A stretch of DNA of 53,423 nucleotides from Sulfuricurvum sp. Its GTDB lineage: Bacteria > Campylobacterota > Campylobacteria > Campylobacterales > Sulfurimonadaceae. The stretch is from positions 1-53,423 of the forward strand of contig JANTHE010000001.1 of assembly GCA_024762585.1 (NCBI GenBank), given 5' to 3'. The translations under genes were made by a program, and so were the position numbers. Below, in pieces: positions 34,071-44,153 of the stretch (positions are counted from its first letter, which is position 1; every line of letters begins with the position of its first letter). A model generated the notes under the pieces. That model had not been told where the DNA came from, searched no databases, and worked only from the letters and a program-made list of their open reading frames with translations.

Positions 34071-34733
34071 ATGAAAGCAATGATCCTGGCCGCAGGACGC
34101 GGTGAAAGGATGCGCCCTTTGACCGACACTGTTCCAAAACCATTGCTTAAGGTGCAGGGGATTCCTCTCATCGAGCACCATATTGAACGGCTGGTTTCCG
34201 CGGGGTTTTATGAGATCATCATCAATATTGCCTATTTGGGGCATATGATTCCCGAAGTATTAGGCAATGGTTCAAGGTGGGGAGTGACACTGCATTACTC
34301 GGATGAACAGAGCGAAGGGGCGCTGGAAAGCGCGGGCGGCATTGTCAAGGCACTACCGCTGCTGGGAGATGAACCTTTTTTGCTGGTGAATGGTGATGTG
34401 TGGACTGATTATCCTTTTGATCCGCACTTTACTCTGCCTGATTCACTGGCTCATATTATCCTTGTTCCAAATCCCGAGCATAACCGTGCAGGCGATTTCG
34501 CGCTCGAAGAGGGACGAGCGATATGTGATGAGGACGAAACACGTTATACTTATTCCGGTATTGGGTACTATGCCCCCAAGTTTTTTTGGGGATTAACCTA
34601 TGGTAAAAAACCGCTTGGTCCTATTTTGTGCCGAAAAATGGAAGGAGATCTTGTCTCTGCAGAACTGTTTAGAGGTGTTTGGAATGATATTGGAACCCCT
34701 GAACGGTTGTCGTCAGTGAATGCTTCTGTTTAA
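34071..34733 (+). CDS. murU: Nucleotidyltransferase, MurU-like
   Basis: LAAGRGERMRPLT, NGDVW, NPEHNRAGDF, DIGTPERL. Confidence 0.8.
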   Translation: MKAMILAAGRGERMRPLTDTVPKPLLKVQGIPLIEHHIERLVSAGFYEIIINIAYLGHMIPEVLGNGSRWGVTLHYSDEQSEGALESAGGIVKALPLLGDEPFLLVNGDVWTDYPFDPHFTLPDSLAHIILVPNPEHNRAGDFALEEGRAICDEDETRYTYSGIGYYAPKFFWGLTYGKKPLGPILCRKMEGDLVSAELFRGVWNDIGTPERLSSVNASV

Positions 34734-34861
34734 TATTTTTATTTTCCACATTTGCAAGCCGGATTGTTTTATGATATAAATGTGATAATTGCTACTGATT
34801 GAATTTACCGATGTGTTGTATTATTCGACTCTTGAATATAAAATACAGTAAGGAAAACAAT

Positions 34862-35608
34862 TTGAATTTGAATAGTTTTTTGTATGAGTATGGCGAAAGG
34901 GTACCCGGTTATGACGTGACAGTGATGAATGAGCGTGAGGCCACGGCGGCAGCGGGCATTCTCTTTATGCTGGGGATGATCGTTATCTTTGTCGGCATCG
35001 GCTATAACCACATCATCGTGGCGCGGGTCTATCTCGCGTTTTTGTTCGTCGATTTTACCATCCGGATGATTACGCCGAAATATTCGCCTTCGCTGCTGCT
35101 TGGAAGGTTCATGGTGCGCAATCAAAAGCCTGAATATGTGGGCGGATTGCAAAAACGGTTTGCCTGGACCATCGGCTGGCTGATCTCCATTCCGATGATG
35201 TGGTGGTTCGTGCTCAACTGGGACATCACTTTTTACAAAGTCATGATCTGTGTGCTGTGTTTGACGCTGATGTTCTTTGAGGCGGCCTTTTCCATCTGTA
35301 TTGGGTGTATGCTTTATAAATGGATCATTCGCGAAGACCCGCAGCACTGTCCGGGCGGCGTCTGCGAGATTCGTACCAAAGACCCGATCCAGATGTTCAA
35401 TCCGGCTCAAAAGGTTATTGCGTCGCTGGCCGCGCTCGGGTTGGTCGTGGGCATCTATCTTTTCCTTGCCAAGACAGAATCCAAAACATTTTTCGGCGAA
35501 TTTTTGCATGAGATGGTCTTGACGCCCGATCAGCTGCAAAAAGAGAAAGATGCGGCGTATGAGCGTGAGCTTGAAAAAGAGTTCGGGGATGACGAAGAGG
35601 ATTTTTAA
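34862..35608 (+). CDS. DUF4395-like membrane protein
   Basis: NERE..A.AG, QKRFAW, ICIGC, CPGGVCE; TTG start after AAGGA. Confidence 0.75.
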   Translation: MNLNSFLYEYGERVPGYDVTVMNEREATAAAGILFMLGMIVIFVGIGYNHIIVARVYLAFLFVDFTIRMITPKYSPSLLLGRFMVRNQKPEYVGGLQKRFAWTIGWLISIPMMWWFVLNWDITFYKVMICVLCLTLMFFEAAFSICIGCMLYKWIIREDPQHCPGGVCEIRTKDPIQMFNPAQKVIASLAALGLVVGIYLFLAKTESKTFFGEFLHEMVLTPDQLQKEKDAAYERELEKEFGDDEEDF

Positions 35609-36225
35609 GGCTGTCGTTCCGTAACACGCCACGTCTGTTCGATCAGCAGGGTACCGTCCGCATAGACCCGGCCGGTAAACGTTTGCCCTGCAGTGTACGT
35701 CCCGACCCCTTTGGGCGTACCGCTCATGATGATATCTCCATCTTCAAGCGTCATGAACGAACCTATCTCTTTTAGCATGATATCCGGTTTGTACATCATC
35801 AGGTCGTAATTGGCATGCTGGCGGAGCTTACCGTCGATATGCAGGGTCATTGACAGTGATTCGATCGGACCTTCGAAGGAAACAAAAGGACTGAGTACGG
35901 CGGAGCCGTCGAAGGCTTTTGCGCGTTCCCACGGAAGCCCTTTGGCTTTCAGGCGGTTTTGAATATCGGCCTTGGTGAGGTCCAGTCCGAATCCGATTCC
36001 GGCAATCTGAGCGTCGTGAACGAGAAAACAGATCTCGCCTTCAAAGCGGCACGAGGCATCGAAAAAGTACAGCGAATCGGTCACAGCGGAGTTGGGTTTG
36101 TTGAACACAACCATCTGCTCGGGAATCTCGTTGCCGAGCTCTTCGATATGTTCGACATAGTTTCGCCCGATGCAGACGACCTTTGACGGAGTGACGGTAC
36201 GTTTATCGAAAACGATCTGTTTCAT
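35605..36225 (-). CDS. Fumarylacetoacetate hydrolase family protein
   Basis: CIGRNYVEH, PWERAKAFD, GDIIMSGTPKGVG. Confidence 0.92.
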   Translation of the reverse strand: MKQIVFDKRTVTPSKVVCIGRNYVEHIEELGNEIPEQMVVFNKPNSAVTDSLYFFDASCRFEGEICFLVHDAQIAGIGFGLDLTKADIQNRLKAKGLPWERAKAFDGSAVLSPFVSFEGPIESLSMTLHIDGKLRQHANYDLMMYKPDIMLKEIGSFMTLEDGDIIMSGTPKGVGTYTAGQTFTGRVYADGTLLIEQTWRVTERQP

Positions 36226-37070
36226 TGGATGGTCTGCGTGATCGTGTGCGACTGTCCCGGTTCGATCGTGATGCTGTTTTCAAGAGCGTTGGCAGTTTCG
36301 ATGCAGACCATCGAGGCGTACCCCTCGTCTTCGAAATCCGCCATACGTGCCGCTTTGTCTATCCAGGGGTTCCAGACCACGGTGGAGCGGCTGCCGCTTT
36401 TTCCGACAATGATGTCGCGTCCGTAACGCGCATCTTTGATGATGACGATATCGTCGGTGTCGAGATAGACCCGGTCAATCTCCTGCGTAATTGCGATGGG
36501 TTTAGCGGACTGCTTTTTCCTGAATCGGTCCAGTGCGTCCGCATAGGTGACGTTTTCGAGGCCGAAAATATTGACTGCAGCAATGTTTCCGACATTGAAA
36601 TAGGTGTGAAGAGCTTCCGTGACGGTAAACGGTTTTTCATCAAGGTTTTCAGTACACAAAGAGACGGTAAGAGTATCACTGACGGTAATGTGCATCATGA
36701 CGTCGAATAGATAAGGGAAATAGTGCTGTTTTACCTGAGTATGGTTCAGTGTCAATATGATCTCGGTTTGCCGGTTACTTGGTTCGGTGACGCTTTTAAG
36801 TTTCCACAGTGCAGTACGTGCAAAACCGTGTTGTGGCCATTGGGAGTGATTGGAGTCTTTGCCAAACCAGGGCCAGCAGACAGGAATACCGCCGCGGATT
36901 GCTTTGCCCTGTTCAAATAATGTATTGCTGCTAACCCATAGCAAAGGGGGTTCCGCATAGCGGGTGTATTCAAAAATATGCGCTCCCTGCAGTGCAATCT
37001 TGGCTGTAGCACATTCGTTACGTACATCAATGGTGACAAAACCGTTATCAGACATTATTATTTCATGCAT
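36222..37070 (-). CDS. D-hexose-6-phosphate mutarotase (YeaD-like)
   Basis: AIRGGIPVCWPWFG, HGFAR, ALHTYF, VVWNPW. Confidence 0.92.
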   Translation of the reverse strand: MHEIIMSDNGFVTIDVRNECATAKIALQGAHIFEYTRYAEPPLLWVSSNTLFEQGKAIRGGIPVCWPWFGKDSNHSQWPQHGFARTALWKLKSVTEPSNRQTEIILTLNHTQVKQHYFPYLFDVMMHITVSDTLTVSLCTENLDEKPFTVTEALHTYFNVGNIAAVNIFGLENVTYADALDRFRKKQSAKPIAITQEIDRVYLDTDDIVIIKDARYGRDIIVGKSGSRSTVVWNPWIDKAARMADFEDEGYASMVCIETANALENSITIEPGQSHTITQTIQ

Positions 37071-37072
37071 AC

Positions 37073-38347
37073 TTACCTCTGTTTCTGCGGTTCTCTATGA
37101 CCGAATACAGCATAGTACAAGATCATACCATAACATACAAAGCCTATAGAGTATCCATAGCGTAGATCGCCGCTGATCTCGCCGATCTGTCCAAACAGCA
37201 GCGGCAGCAGCGCACCGCCGGCGATACCCATGATCAGCAACGCGCTCCCTTTAGCTGTCAGAGTACCCAGGTTTTTCAGCGCCAGGGGCCAGACGATAGG
37301 CCACACCAGGGCATTTGAGAGCCCCAGCAGGGCGACGAAAGTGACCGTGTCAGGCAGGGTTTCGATCCCGCTCCATCCCCACAGCAGCGATGCGACGGTA
37401 TGGCTCTGTGTTCCGGAGAAGAGAATGCCCGCGGTAAAGATGAGCCCGGCTACGGCGGTGAGCGTGAGCGCGCGCTCCTGCGAAAGCATGTTTGGGATCA
37501 TCGTGACACCGATGAGGTAGCCGATGACCATAAAGACCATGGTATAGGCGGTAAGCGACGTCGCATCCGGAAGCCCCAGCGACTGTCCATAAAGCCCGAT
37601 GGTGTCGCCGGCGATCACCTCGATGCCGACATAAAAAAAGAGCGTCACCGCGCCCAGCAGCAGGTGCGGATAGTGTCGGATAGATTCAGACGTCTCGACG
37701 GGCGTTTGCTCAAACGGCAGTTTCGGCAGGGGAGAACGGCGTACGAAGACCGCGAGCAGCGCCAGTGCCATCGCCATGTAAAGATAGGGCTGTATCAGCT
37801 TCGAAGCCAGCGCGGCTTTGTCTTCGGGCGTGACATGGGCCTCCATGGGCAGGGAAAGGTCGGAGAGCAGCAGTGCCGTGAAGAGCAGGGGGGCGAGCAC
37901 GCCCGCACTTTTGTTGATGAGCCCCATAATACTGATGCGCGCCGCCGCGCTCTCGAGGTCGCCGATGTGGACGATATAGGGGTTCGAAGCGGTCTGCAGC
38001 AGGGTCAGCCCGGCCCCCAGCGTAAACAGTCCGCCAAGAAAGAGCCGAAAGTCCGCGGTCTGCGCCGCGGGGATAAAGAGCAGCGCCCCGGCGGACATGA
38101 TGCCAAGCCCCAGCGCCATGCCATCTTTGTACCCGGTACGACGGAGAACGGAGGCCATCGGCAGGGCCATGACGGTGTAGGCGATATAGAAGGCAAATGT
38201 GACCAGCAGGGCCTGCGCGGCGGTCAGGTCGCAGATGACTTTGAGAAAGGGGATGAGCGAGCCGTTGAGCCAGGTGACGAAGCCGAAGATGAAAAAGAGA
38301 GTACCGAGGATGAGCATGGGTAAAAACGTGGAGCGTTCACTGTACAT
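37073..38347 (-). CDS. gluP: Glucose/galactose MFS permease (GluP/FucP family)
   Basis: LFFIFGFVTWLN, LLQTASNPY, FFYVGIEV, GIAGGA. Confidence 0.85.
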   Translation of the reverse strand: MYSERSTFLPMLILGTLFFIFGFVTWLNGSLIPFLKVICDLTAAQALLVTFAFYIAYTVMALPMASVLRRTGYKDGMALGLGIMSAGALLFIPAAQTADFRLFLGGLFTLGAGLTLLQTASNPYIVHIGDLESAAARISIMGLINKSAGVLAPLLFTALLLSDLSLPMEAHVTPEDKAALASKLIQPYLYMAMALALLAVFVRRSPLPKLPFEQTPVETSESIRHYPHLLLGAVTLFFYVGIEVIAGDTIGLYGQSLGLPDATSLTAYTMVFMVIGYLIGVTMIPNMLSQERALTLTAVAGLIFTAGILFSGTQSHTVASLLWGWSGIETLPDTVTFVALLGLSNALVWPIVWPLALKNLGTLTAKGSALLIMGIAGGALLPLLFGQIGEISGDLRYGYSIGFVCYGMILYYAVFGHREPQKQR

Positions 38348-39167
38348 GTACGGCCTTTTTCAGGTAACGGGCGACGGCATCTTCGTCGTTGGTGTGTTCG
38401 AGCACGATATCGGCGGCGGCTTTGACCTCGTCAAGCGCGTTGGCGACGGCGCAGGCGGTACCGGAGAGCTCGAACATTCCGAGGTCGTTGACGCTGTCGC
38501 CGAATACGGTGAAGTCGGCCGTGTCGCGCCCGAGGTATTCGGCCACCTTCTGCATGCCGTGCGCCTTGTCGCCTTCGGGGTGCAAGACGGTTAAGAAGTA
38601 GCCGCCGGTGTACTTTTCGGGAGAGAGCTTGAACTCCAGGGAATCGCCGAAGATGTTTTTCAGATGTTCCGTCAGCGGCCGCAGCCGATGCTCTTCGGCC
38701 ATATAGACGATCTTGAGTGTCTCCTCCATCGCCTGCATGCTCACGTGCTCTTCGAGCCGAAGGTCGCCGTGGTAGTTTTCGAGTACCTGCTGTTGCATCG
38801 GTGTTTTGTGGGTGGGGTAGCGGAAGGCTTCGTTGAGGTCGCGGTCCTTGAGGCCGATGACGAACGGTTCGATGCCATCATAGATGCGTCCGGCCTCGAT
38901 CAGTTCGTCCCCGACCGTTTTTCCGATGGTTTTGATGTCAATGACGCTTTTGTCCGGATGCACGACCATGGCGCCGTCGAGCAGGATCATGGGCGCTTCG
39001 AGATGAAGCGTCTCCAGGAACAGATGGGCTTTGGAGTAGCTGCGGGCCGTCGCAACCGAGAGTGCGGCATGCGGCGCCACACGGTTCCAGGTCTCTCGGG
39101 AAAAGGGACTCACGCTCTGGTCCGAGCGCAAGAAGGTGTGGTCGAGATCGGTCAAATAGGCATTCAT
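38337..39167 (-). CDS. Cof-type HAD phosphatase
   Basis: DLDHT, ATAR, DKAHG, FGDSVNDLGMF; start trimmed to MNAYLT. Confidence 0.9.
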   Translation of the reverse strand: MNAYLTDLDHTFLRSDQSVSPFSRETWNRVAPHAALSVATARSYSKAHLFLETLHLEAPMILLDGAMVVHPDKSVIDIKTIGKTVGDELIEAGRIYDGIEPFVIGLKDRDLNEAFRYPTHKTPMQQQVLENYHGDLRLEEHVSMQAMEETLKIVYMAEEHRLRPLTEHLKNIFGDSLEFKLSPEKYTGGYFLTVLHPEGDKAHGMQKVAEYLGRDTADFTVFGDSVNDLGMFELSGTACAVANALDEVKAAADIVLEHTNDEDAVARYLKKAVHVQ

Positions 39168-39339
39168 AAGATGACAGTGTAGTACATCATCCCTAACTGT
39201 GACCTTGTCTAGAATTTTGCTTATTTTTGTGGTGAAATAAATAAAGAGCGAAGCGACACTTTGATAGCGAAGCGGGTGAGAGGGGTTTTGGAACGATAAA
39301 AGATAAATGTTATGGCAAACGTTAAAAAGAGAAATTGCA

Positions 39340-39416
39340 TGGCGCGGCGGACGGGACTCGAACCCGCGACCCCCGGCGTGACAGGCCGGTATTCTAACCA
39401 ACTGAACTACCGCCGC
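39340..39416 (-). tRNA. tRNA-Asp(GUC), copy 1
   Basis: Full cloverleaf, loop CUGUCAC, encoded CCA. Confidence 0.97.
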
Positions 39417-39467
39417 ACATGAAGTAGAGCGAAATTATAGCTTCACATCTTTAAAACGTGATTAAAT

Positions 39468-39543
39468 TGGCGACCCCTGAAGGATTTGAACCTCCGTCTC
39501 TGCCATGAAGTGGCAGCGTCCTTGGCCCCTAGACGAAAGGGTC
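39468..39543 (-). tRNA. tRNA-Glu(UUC) with atypical anticodon loop
   Basis: 76-nt cloverleaf, Glu-type D arm, loop ACUUCAU, encoded CCA. Confidence 0.85.
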
Positions 39544-39624
39544 GTATGTGCAAAAGCAGGGCAGAAGTATACAGTTCGAAAACAAAACTTTTCATAAATT
39601 TTTTAGGAATTTCTTATTGTGTCG

Positions 39625-39700
39625 TGGTGGGAACTACTGGACTCGAACCAGTGACATCTACCTTGTAAGGGTAGCGCTCTACCAACTGAGCTAAGCTCCC
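39625..39700 (-). tRNA. tRNA-Val(UAC)
   Basis: Cloverleaf, CUACC-CUUACAA-GGUAG, CCA. Confidence 0.97.
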
Positions 39701-39707
39701 GAGGAAG

Positions 39708-39784
39708 TGGCGCGGCGGACGGGACTCGAACCCGCGACCCCCGGCGTGACAGGCCGGTATTCTAACCAACTGAACTACCGCCGC
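39708..39784 (-). tRNA. tRNA-Asp(GUC), copy 2
   Basis: Identical to 39340-39416. Confidence 0.97.
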
Positions 39785-39877
39785 ATCCATTGATAAGTGG
39801 AGCGAAATTTTACCTTTTAATCTTTAAAACAAGATAAAAAGCTACTATTTCTTTTCTGACACATAAAAAGCCAACAG

Positions 39878-39961
39878 AGCGCGATTAATCTGCGCGAGAG
39901 CTTTCAGCTGAAGAAAACCCAGTGTTAACGTAGTGAAACGGGCTTTGCTCGTTTCGCGTAT
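39878..39961 (-). repeat. Structured intergenic repeat, copy 2
   Basis: Minus strand GCGAAACGAGC-AAA-GCCCGTTTCAC; 58/84 identical to 4376-4458. Confidence 0.7.
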
Positions 39962-39971
39962 CAAAATGTCA

Positions 39972-40047
39972 TGGTGTCCCGTGCAGGATTCGAACCTGCG
40001 GCCACCTGATTAAAAGTCAGATGCTCTACCAACTGAGCTAACGAGAC
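39972..40047 (-). tRNA. tRNA-Lys(UUU)
   Basis: Cloverleaf, loop CUUUUAA, CCA. Confidence 0.97.
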
Positions 40048-40105
40048 AGCCTCGCAAATGCAAGGCCGAAATTATAGGCAAACACGCCTGAAAAAGTCAA
40101 GAAAA

Positions 40106-41188
40106 TTAAAAAAAAAATTCCTTTTCGAGCAGTAGCAGCATTTTGATGGCGTGCAGAACCGTCTGCTCCTGAATATAGTTGCGGTCGCCGTGCAGTTGCA
40201 GCCGGGCCGTTTTATGTGCAGTGTTGCTCCGTACTGCGACGAAAACCGTTCCGACCGGTTTTTCCGGTGAGCCGCCGGTGGGTCCTGCGATGCCGCTGAC
40301 GGCGATGGCGTAATCGGCGTTGGCCACTTCCAGCGCCCCGGCGCTCATCTCGAGGACCACTTCGCGGCTGACCGCACCGTGGGTTTTCAAGGTGGCATCA
40401 TCGACGGTGATCCAGTTCGATTTCAGGCGGTTGGAGTACGTAACAAGGGCACCTTCGAAGACATTGGACGCGCCGCTCTCTTTGGTGAGAAAATAGCTGA
40501 TAAGTCCTCCGGTACAGCTCTCGGCAAATGTAACGGTCCTGTCGGCGGTTTCCAGTCTTTCAATGACCCACTGCGCGATGTTGTCCGAAACGATACTGGC
40601 GGGAAACAGTTCGCCAAGCCTTCGTGCGGCGCCCCGTGTGTCGCCGAACGGATCGGCCGTGATGGTGCACTGCATCCATCCGGGGACCGGTTCGCAGCAT
40701 TCGGTTTTGACACGGTAGGCCTCTTCGATCTGGGTGCTCGCCGTTTGCAGTGACGAGCGGTCGGCATCGAAAAGGTGCAGCGTTGCGGCTGTTTTGTTTT
40801 GAGCGACTGCGAGCGGTGGCAGTTCATGGCCGGTATAGGTGTTGATGACATGCAGTTCAAGCTGTCGGTGTTTCAGTGTGTAGTAGCCTGTCTTGACGCA
40901 GTGTGCCGATGCCGGCATGAGCAGTTCGTTGTGCAGTGTCACCGTTTCGCCCGCAAACGTGGCAATCTCCCTTGCGACAAGTGCGGCATGTTCCGGATCG
41001 CAAAAGCAGAACAGGGTATGAGGTCTGTCGGCGTCGGGACAAACCTCGTCGAAAATGCGCTCGCTTTGCGCCACCAGATGCAGCAGATCCACGGTGACGC
41101 CGCTTTGGATCAAATGGCGTTCGATATAACGCTGCAGGGCACTGTCGCCGGTCAGGGCATCGCCAATGAGAAAGAGTGAATGTTTCAT
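40106..41188 (-). CDS. cinA: CinA family protein (C-terminal PncC NMN deamidase domain)
   Basis: FAESCTGG, HGAVS, SGIAGPTGG..EKPVGTV. Confidence 0.9.
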   Translation of the reverse strand: MKHSLFLIGDALTGDSALQRYIERHLIQSGVTVDLLHLVAQSERIFDEVCPDADRPHTLFCFCDPEHAALVAREIATFAGETVTLHNELLMPASAHCVKTGYYTLKHRQLELHVINTYTGHELPPLAVAQNKTAATLHLFDADRSSLQTASTQIEEAYRVKTECCEPVPGWMQCTITADPFGDTRGAARRLGELFPASIVSDNIAQWVIERLETADRTVTFAESCTGGLISYFLTKESGASNVFEGALVTYSNRLKSNWITVDDATLKTHGAVSREVVLEMSAGALEVANADYAIAVSGIAGPTGGSPEKPVGTVFVAVRSNTAHKTARLQLHGDRNYIQEQTVLHAIKMLLLLEKEFFF

Positions 41189-41234
41189 GCTGTGAGTATA
41201 GCGAACTGTAATCAATTTTTAATGACCCCGGCGC

Positions 41235-41240
41235 TATAAT
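41235..41240 (+). promoter_or_regulatory. -10 box of ileS operon
   Basis: gcTATAAT 36 nt before ATG, divergent from cinA promoter. Confidence 0.6.
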
Positions 41241-41276
41241 GCAACAATTTTTACAAGGCGCTTTACGAGGAAATCA

Positions 41277-44039
41277 ATGGATTATAAAGAGACACTGCTT
41301 CTGCCCAAGACCGACTTCGCGATGCGGGGGAATCTGGTCCAGAACGAACCGAAACGCTATGCGAAATGGTTCGAATCGGGCGTATATGAATCGATGAAGA
41401 AAAGACGCGACGGGGCTCCGTCGTTCACGCTGCACGACGGCCCTCCCTATGCCAACGGCCATACGCACATCGGCCATGCACTCAACAAGATCCTCAAAGA
41501 TATTATCGTCAAGCAGCACTACTTCAACGGCAGCAGCGTCCGGCTGACCCCGGGCTGGGACTGCCACGGCCTGCCGATTGAACAGCAAGTAGAGAAAAAG
41601 CTCGGCGGCAAGCAGAAAAAAGAGCAGCTCAGTACTTCCGAGATCCGAAAACTCTGCCGCGAACATGCGGAAAAGTTCGTCGGCATCCAGCGCGACGAGT
41701 TCAAGCAGCTCGGTGTCATCGCCGACTGGGACAAGCCTTACCTGACGATGGATTACCGGTTCGAGGCCAATATTTACCGCACACTCTGCGCTGTGGCGAA
41801 GAAGGGGCTGCTGGTGGAGCGCAGCAAGCCGGTCTACTGGAGCTGGGCCGAACGCACCGCGCTGGCCGAGGCGGAAGTGGAGTATGAGGACAAAGAGTCG
41901 TATTCCATCTACGTCGCGTTCGAACTGAGCGAGGAGTCCAAGGTGCGGCTGGGCATTGAGGGCAACGCCGCTCCCGTCATCTGGACAACGACGCCGTGGA
42001 CCCTGCCGGCCAATACCGGCATTGCGCTCAATCCCGATGAGCAGTACGTCCGTACGGCCGATGGCTATATCGTCGCGCAGAAGCTTTACGACACCCTCCG
42101 GGAGCAGGAAATCGTCAAAGGCAACGTCGTACAGACGTTCGAGGCGAAGCAGTTGGATAACCTGCACGCCATCAACCCGCTCAACGGCCGCCGCTCCCTG
42201 ATCGTGCTGGGCGAGCATGTTCTGATGGACAACGGGACGGGGTGTGTCCATACCGCTCCGGGGCATGGCGAGGACGACTACCGTGTCGGGCTCCAATACA
42301 ACCTCGACGTTATCATGCCAGTCGACGAGACAGGCTGTTACGACCAGAGCGTGGCCCGCGACCGTCTTTTGCCCAATGCCGAGAGCTTTGTGGGAATGCA
42401 TATCTTCAAGGCGAACGAGCCGATCCTCGAACTGCTGGGCGACAGCCTGCTCAAGGTCAGCAAATTCAAGCACTCCTATCCGCACTGCTGGCGTTCGCAT
42501 ACGCCGTTGATCTTCCGGGCGACGAAACAGTGGTTTATAGCCGTCGACGAAACACCGGAGGGATCGGACAGGAGCCTTCGCGAGATCGCGCAGGACGAGG
42601 TGGCAAAGACGACGTTTTACCCCGAGTGGGGACGCAACCGCATCAAATCGATGGTAGAGAACCGTCCGGACTGGTGTATTTCCCGCCAGCGCGACTGGGG
42701 CGTGCCCATTGCCTTTTTCCGTGTCAAAGCGACAGGTGAGGTCATCTACGATGAGAAAGTGCTCAACTTCATCGCCATGGTCTTCGAAATGCAGGGAACC
42801 GACGCGTGGTACAGCATGCCGATCGAACAGCTGCTCTATCCGGGCAGCGGCTACAAGCCCGATGAACTTGAAAAGGTGACGGACATTCTCGACGTCTGGT
42901 TCGACAGCGGCTCAACCTGGAACGCTGTGCTCAAATCGCGCAACTACGATGCGGGGCAGTACCCGGCGGATCTCTACCTTGAAGGCTCGGACCAGCACCG
43001 CGGCTGGTTCCAGAGTTCGCTGTTCCTGAGTGCTGCCGTAGAGCATCGCGCGCCGTACAAAGCGATCTTGACGCATGGCTTTACGGTAGATGCCAAAGGC
43101 GAGAAGATGTCCAAGTCCAAGGGCAATGTGGTTGCACCCGAGAAGGTACTGAAACAGTACGGCTCCGAAATCCTGCGCCTGTGGGTCGCGCTCAGCGACT
43201 ACCAGAGCGATCTGAAGATCAGCGACGACATTTTGAAGCAGACTGCGGAGCAGTATCGCAAATTGCGTAACACCTTTCGCTTCCTGCTGGCCAACATCGA
43301 TGATCTGGAAATCCTGCTGTCGTTCGAACAGATGGGGGTGCTGGACCAATGGATCGTCTCGAAAGCGTCGCATGTGTTCGATGAGGTGCACGGCCAGTTC
43401 AGGGAGTACAACTTTGTCGGCGGTATGAGTACGCTCAACAACTTTGTCGTCAACGAACTCAGCGGTATCTATCTTGACATCACGAAAGACCGCCTCTACT
43501 GTGACGCGGCGGACGATCCGCATCGCCGTGCCAGCCAGAGTGCAATGGCGATGATCACCAAAACGATGCTGATGCTCGTTGCCCCGATTCTTACCTATAC
43601 GGCGGACGAGATCGTCGAAGCAGCACCGGCGGTCGTGACGGGCGGCGCCGAGACGATCTTCGCGCTCGTATACGCTCCGATCGACGTGCCGACAAGCACG
43701 TTCAACGAGAGCGGCCTCGTCAAGGCCCGCGAAGGGTTCTACGAAGTGGTGGACGCACTGAAGAAAGAGAAACGCATCAAGAGCACGCTCGAACTGGAGC
43801 TCCATACCGATGCGGCACTGCTGGATACACTGCCCAGGACCGAGGCCGAAGACTGGTTCGTCGTCTCGGACATTCTGCCGCTGGGTACGGCAGGCGAATC
43901 GCTGGGCGAGTTTGAGGTGGACGGCGAGCGGTTCGTCATCGCGAGCGCGTCGCGGCAGAAGTGCCCGCGCTGCTGGAAGTATCACGCCGCCGAGCCTGAG
44001 ACGCTTTGCGCACGCTGTGCGGAGGTGTCTGGTGCCTGA
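41277..44039 (+). CDS. ileS: Isoleucine-tRNA ligase (type 1)
   Basis: HIGH, WCISRQR, KMSKS, C-terminal CPRC...CARC. Confidence 0.99.
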   Translation: MDYKETLLLPKTDFAMRGNLVQNEPKRYAKWFESGVYESMKKRRDGAPSFTLHDGPPYANGHTHIGHALNKILKDIIVKQHYFNGSSVRLTPGWDCHGLPIEQQVEKKLGGKQKKEQLSTSEIRKLCREHAEKFVGIQRDEFKQLGVIADWDKPYLTMDYRFEANIYRTLCAVAKKGLLVERSKPVYWSWAERTALAEAEVEYEDKESYSIYVAFELSEESKVRLGIEGNAAPVIWTTTPWTLPANTGIALNPDEQYVRTADGYIVAQKLYDTLREQEIVKGNVVQTFEAKQLDNLHAINPLNGRRSLIVLGEHVLMDNGTGCVHTAPGHGEDDYRVGLQYNLDVIMPVDETGCYDQSVARDRLLPNAESFVGMHIFKANEPILELLGDSLLKVSKFKHSYPHCWRSHTPLIFRATKQWFIAVDETPEGSDRSLREIAQDEVAKTTFYPEWGRNRIKSMVENRPDWCISRQRDWGVPIAFFRVKATGEVIYDEKVLNFIAMVFEMQGTDAWYSMPIEQLLYPGSGYKPDELEKVTDILDVWFDSGSTWNAVLKSRNYDAGQYPADLYLEGSDQHRGWFQSSLFLSAAVEHRAPYKAILTHGFTVDAKGEKMSKSKGNVVAPEKVLKQYGSEILRLWVALSDYQSDLKISDDILKQTAEQYRKLRNTFRFLLANIDDLEILLSFEQMGVLDQWIVSKASHVFDEVHGQFREYNFVGGMSTLNNFVVNELSGIYLDITKDRLYCDAADDPHRRASQSAMAMITKTMLMLVAPILTYTADEIVEAAPAVVTGGAETIFALVYAPIDVPTSTFNESGLVKAREGFYEVVDALKKEKRIKSTLELELHTDAALLDTLPRTEAEDWFVVSDILPLGTAGESLGEFEVDGERFVIASASRQKCPRCWKYHAAEPETLCARCAEVSGA

Positions 44040-44153
44040 TCTGGCGCAGCCGGCTCCAATGTCGTTTATAATCGAAACGGTTTTGGTGATCTTTTCCGTG
44101 ATCGCCATCGGAATCCTGGCCGTGCGCCGGGCAAAAAAAGCAAAGGATGAACA

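Noticed and set aside
39168-39401. 78-aa N-terminal extension of the HAD ORF
   Set aside because: Runs through tRNA-Asp; HAD motif I begins right after ATG 39167
39500-39516. Reading CUUCA in the odd tRNA as a UCA (Sec/opal) anticodon
   Set aside because: That register breaks the anticodon stem, and there is no long variable arm or extended acceptor stem
40108-40117. A10 tract as a phase-variation site
   Set aside because: Lies at the cinA stop codon, so slippage alters only the tail; no long poly-G tracts seen
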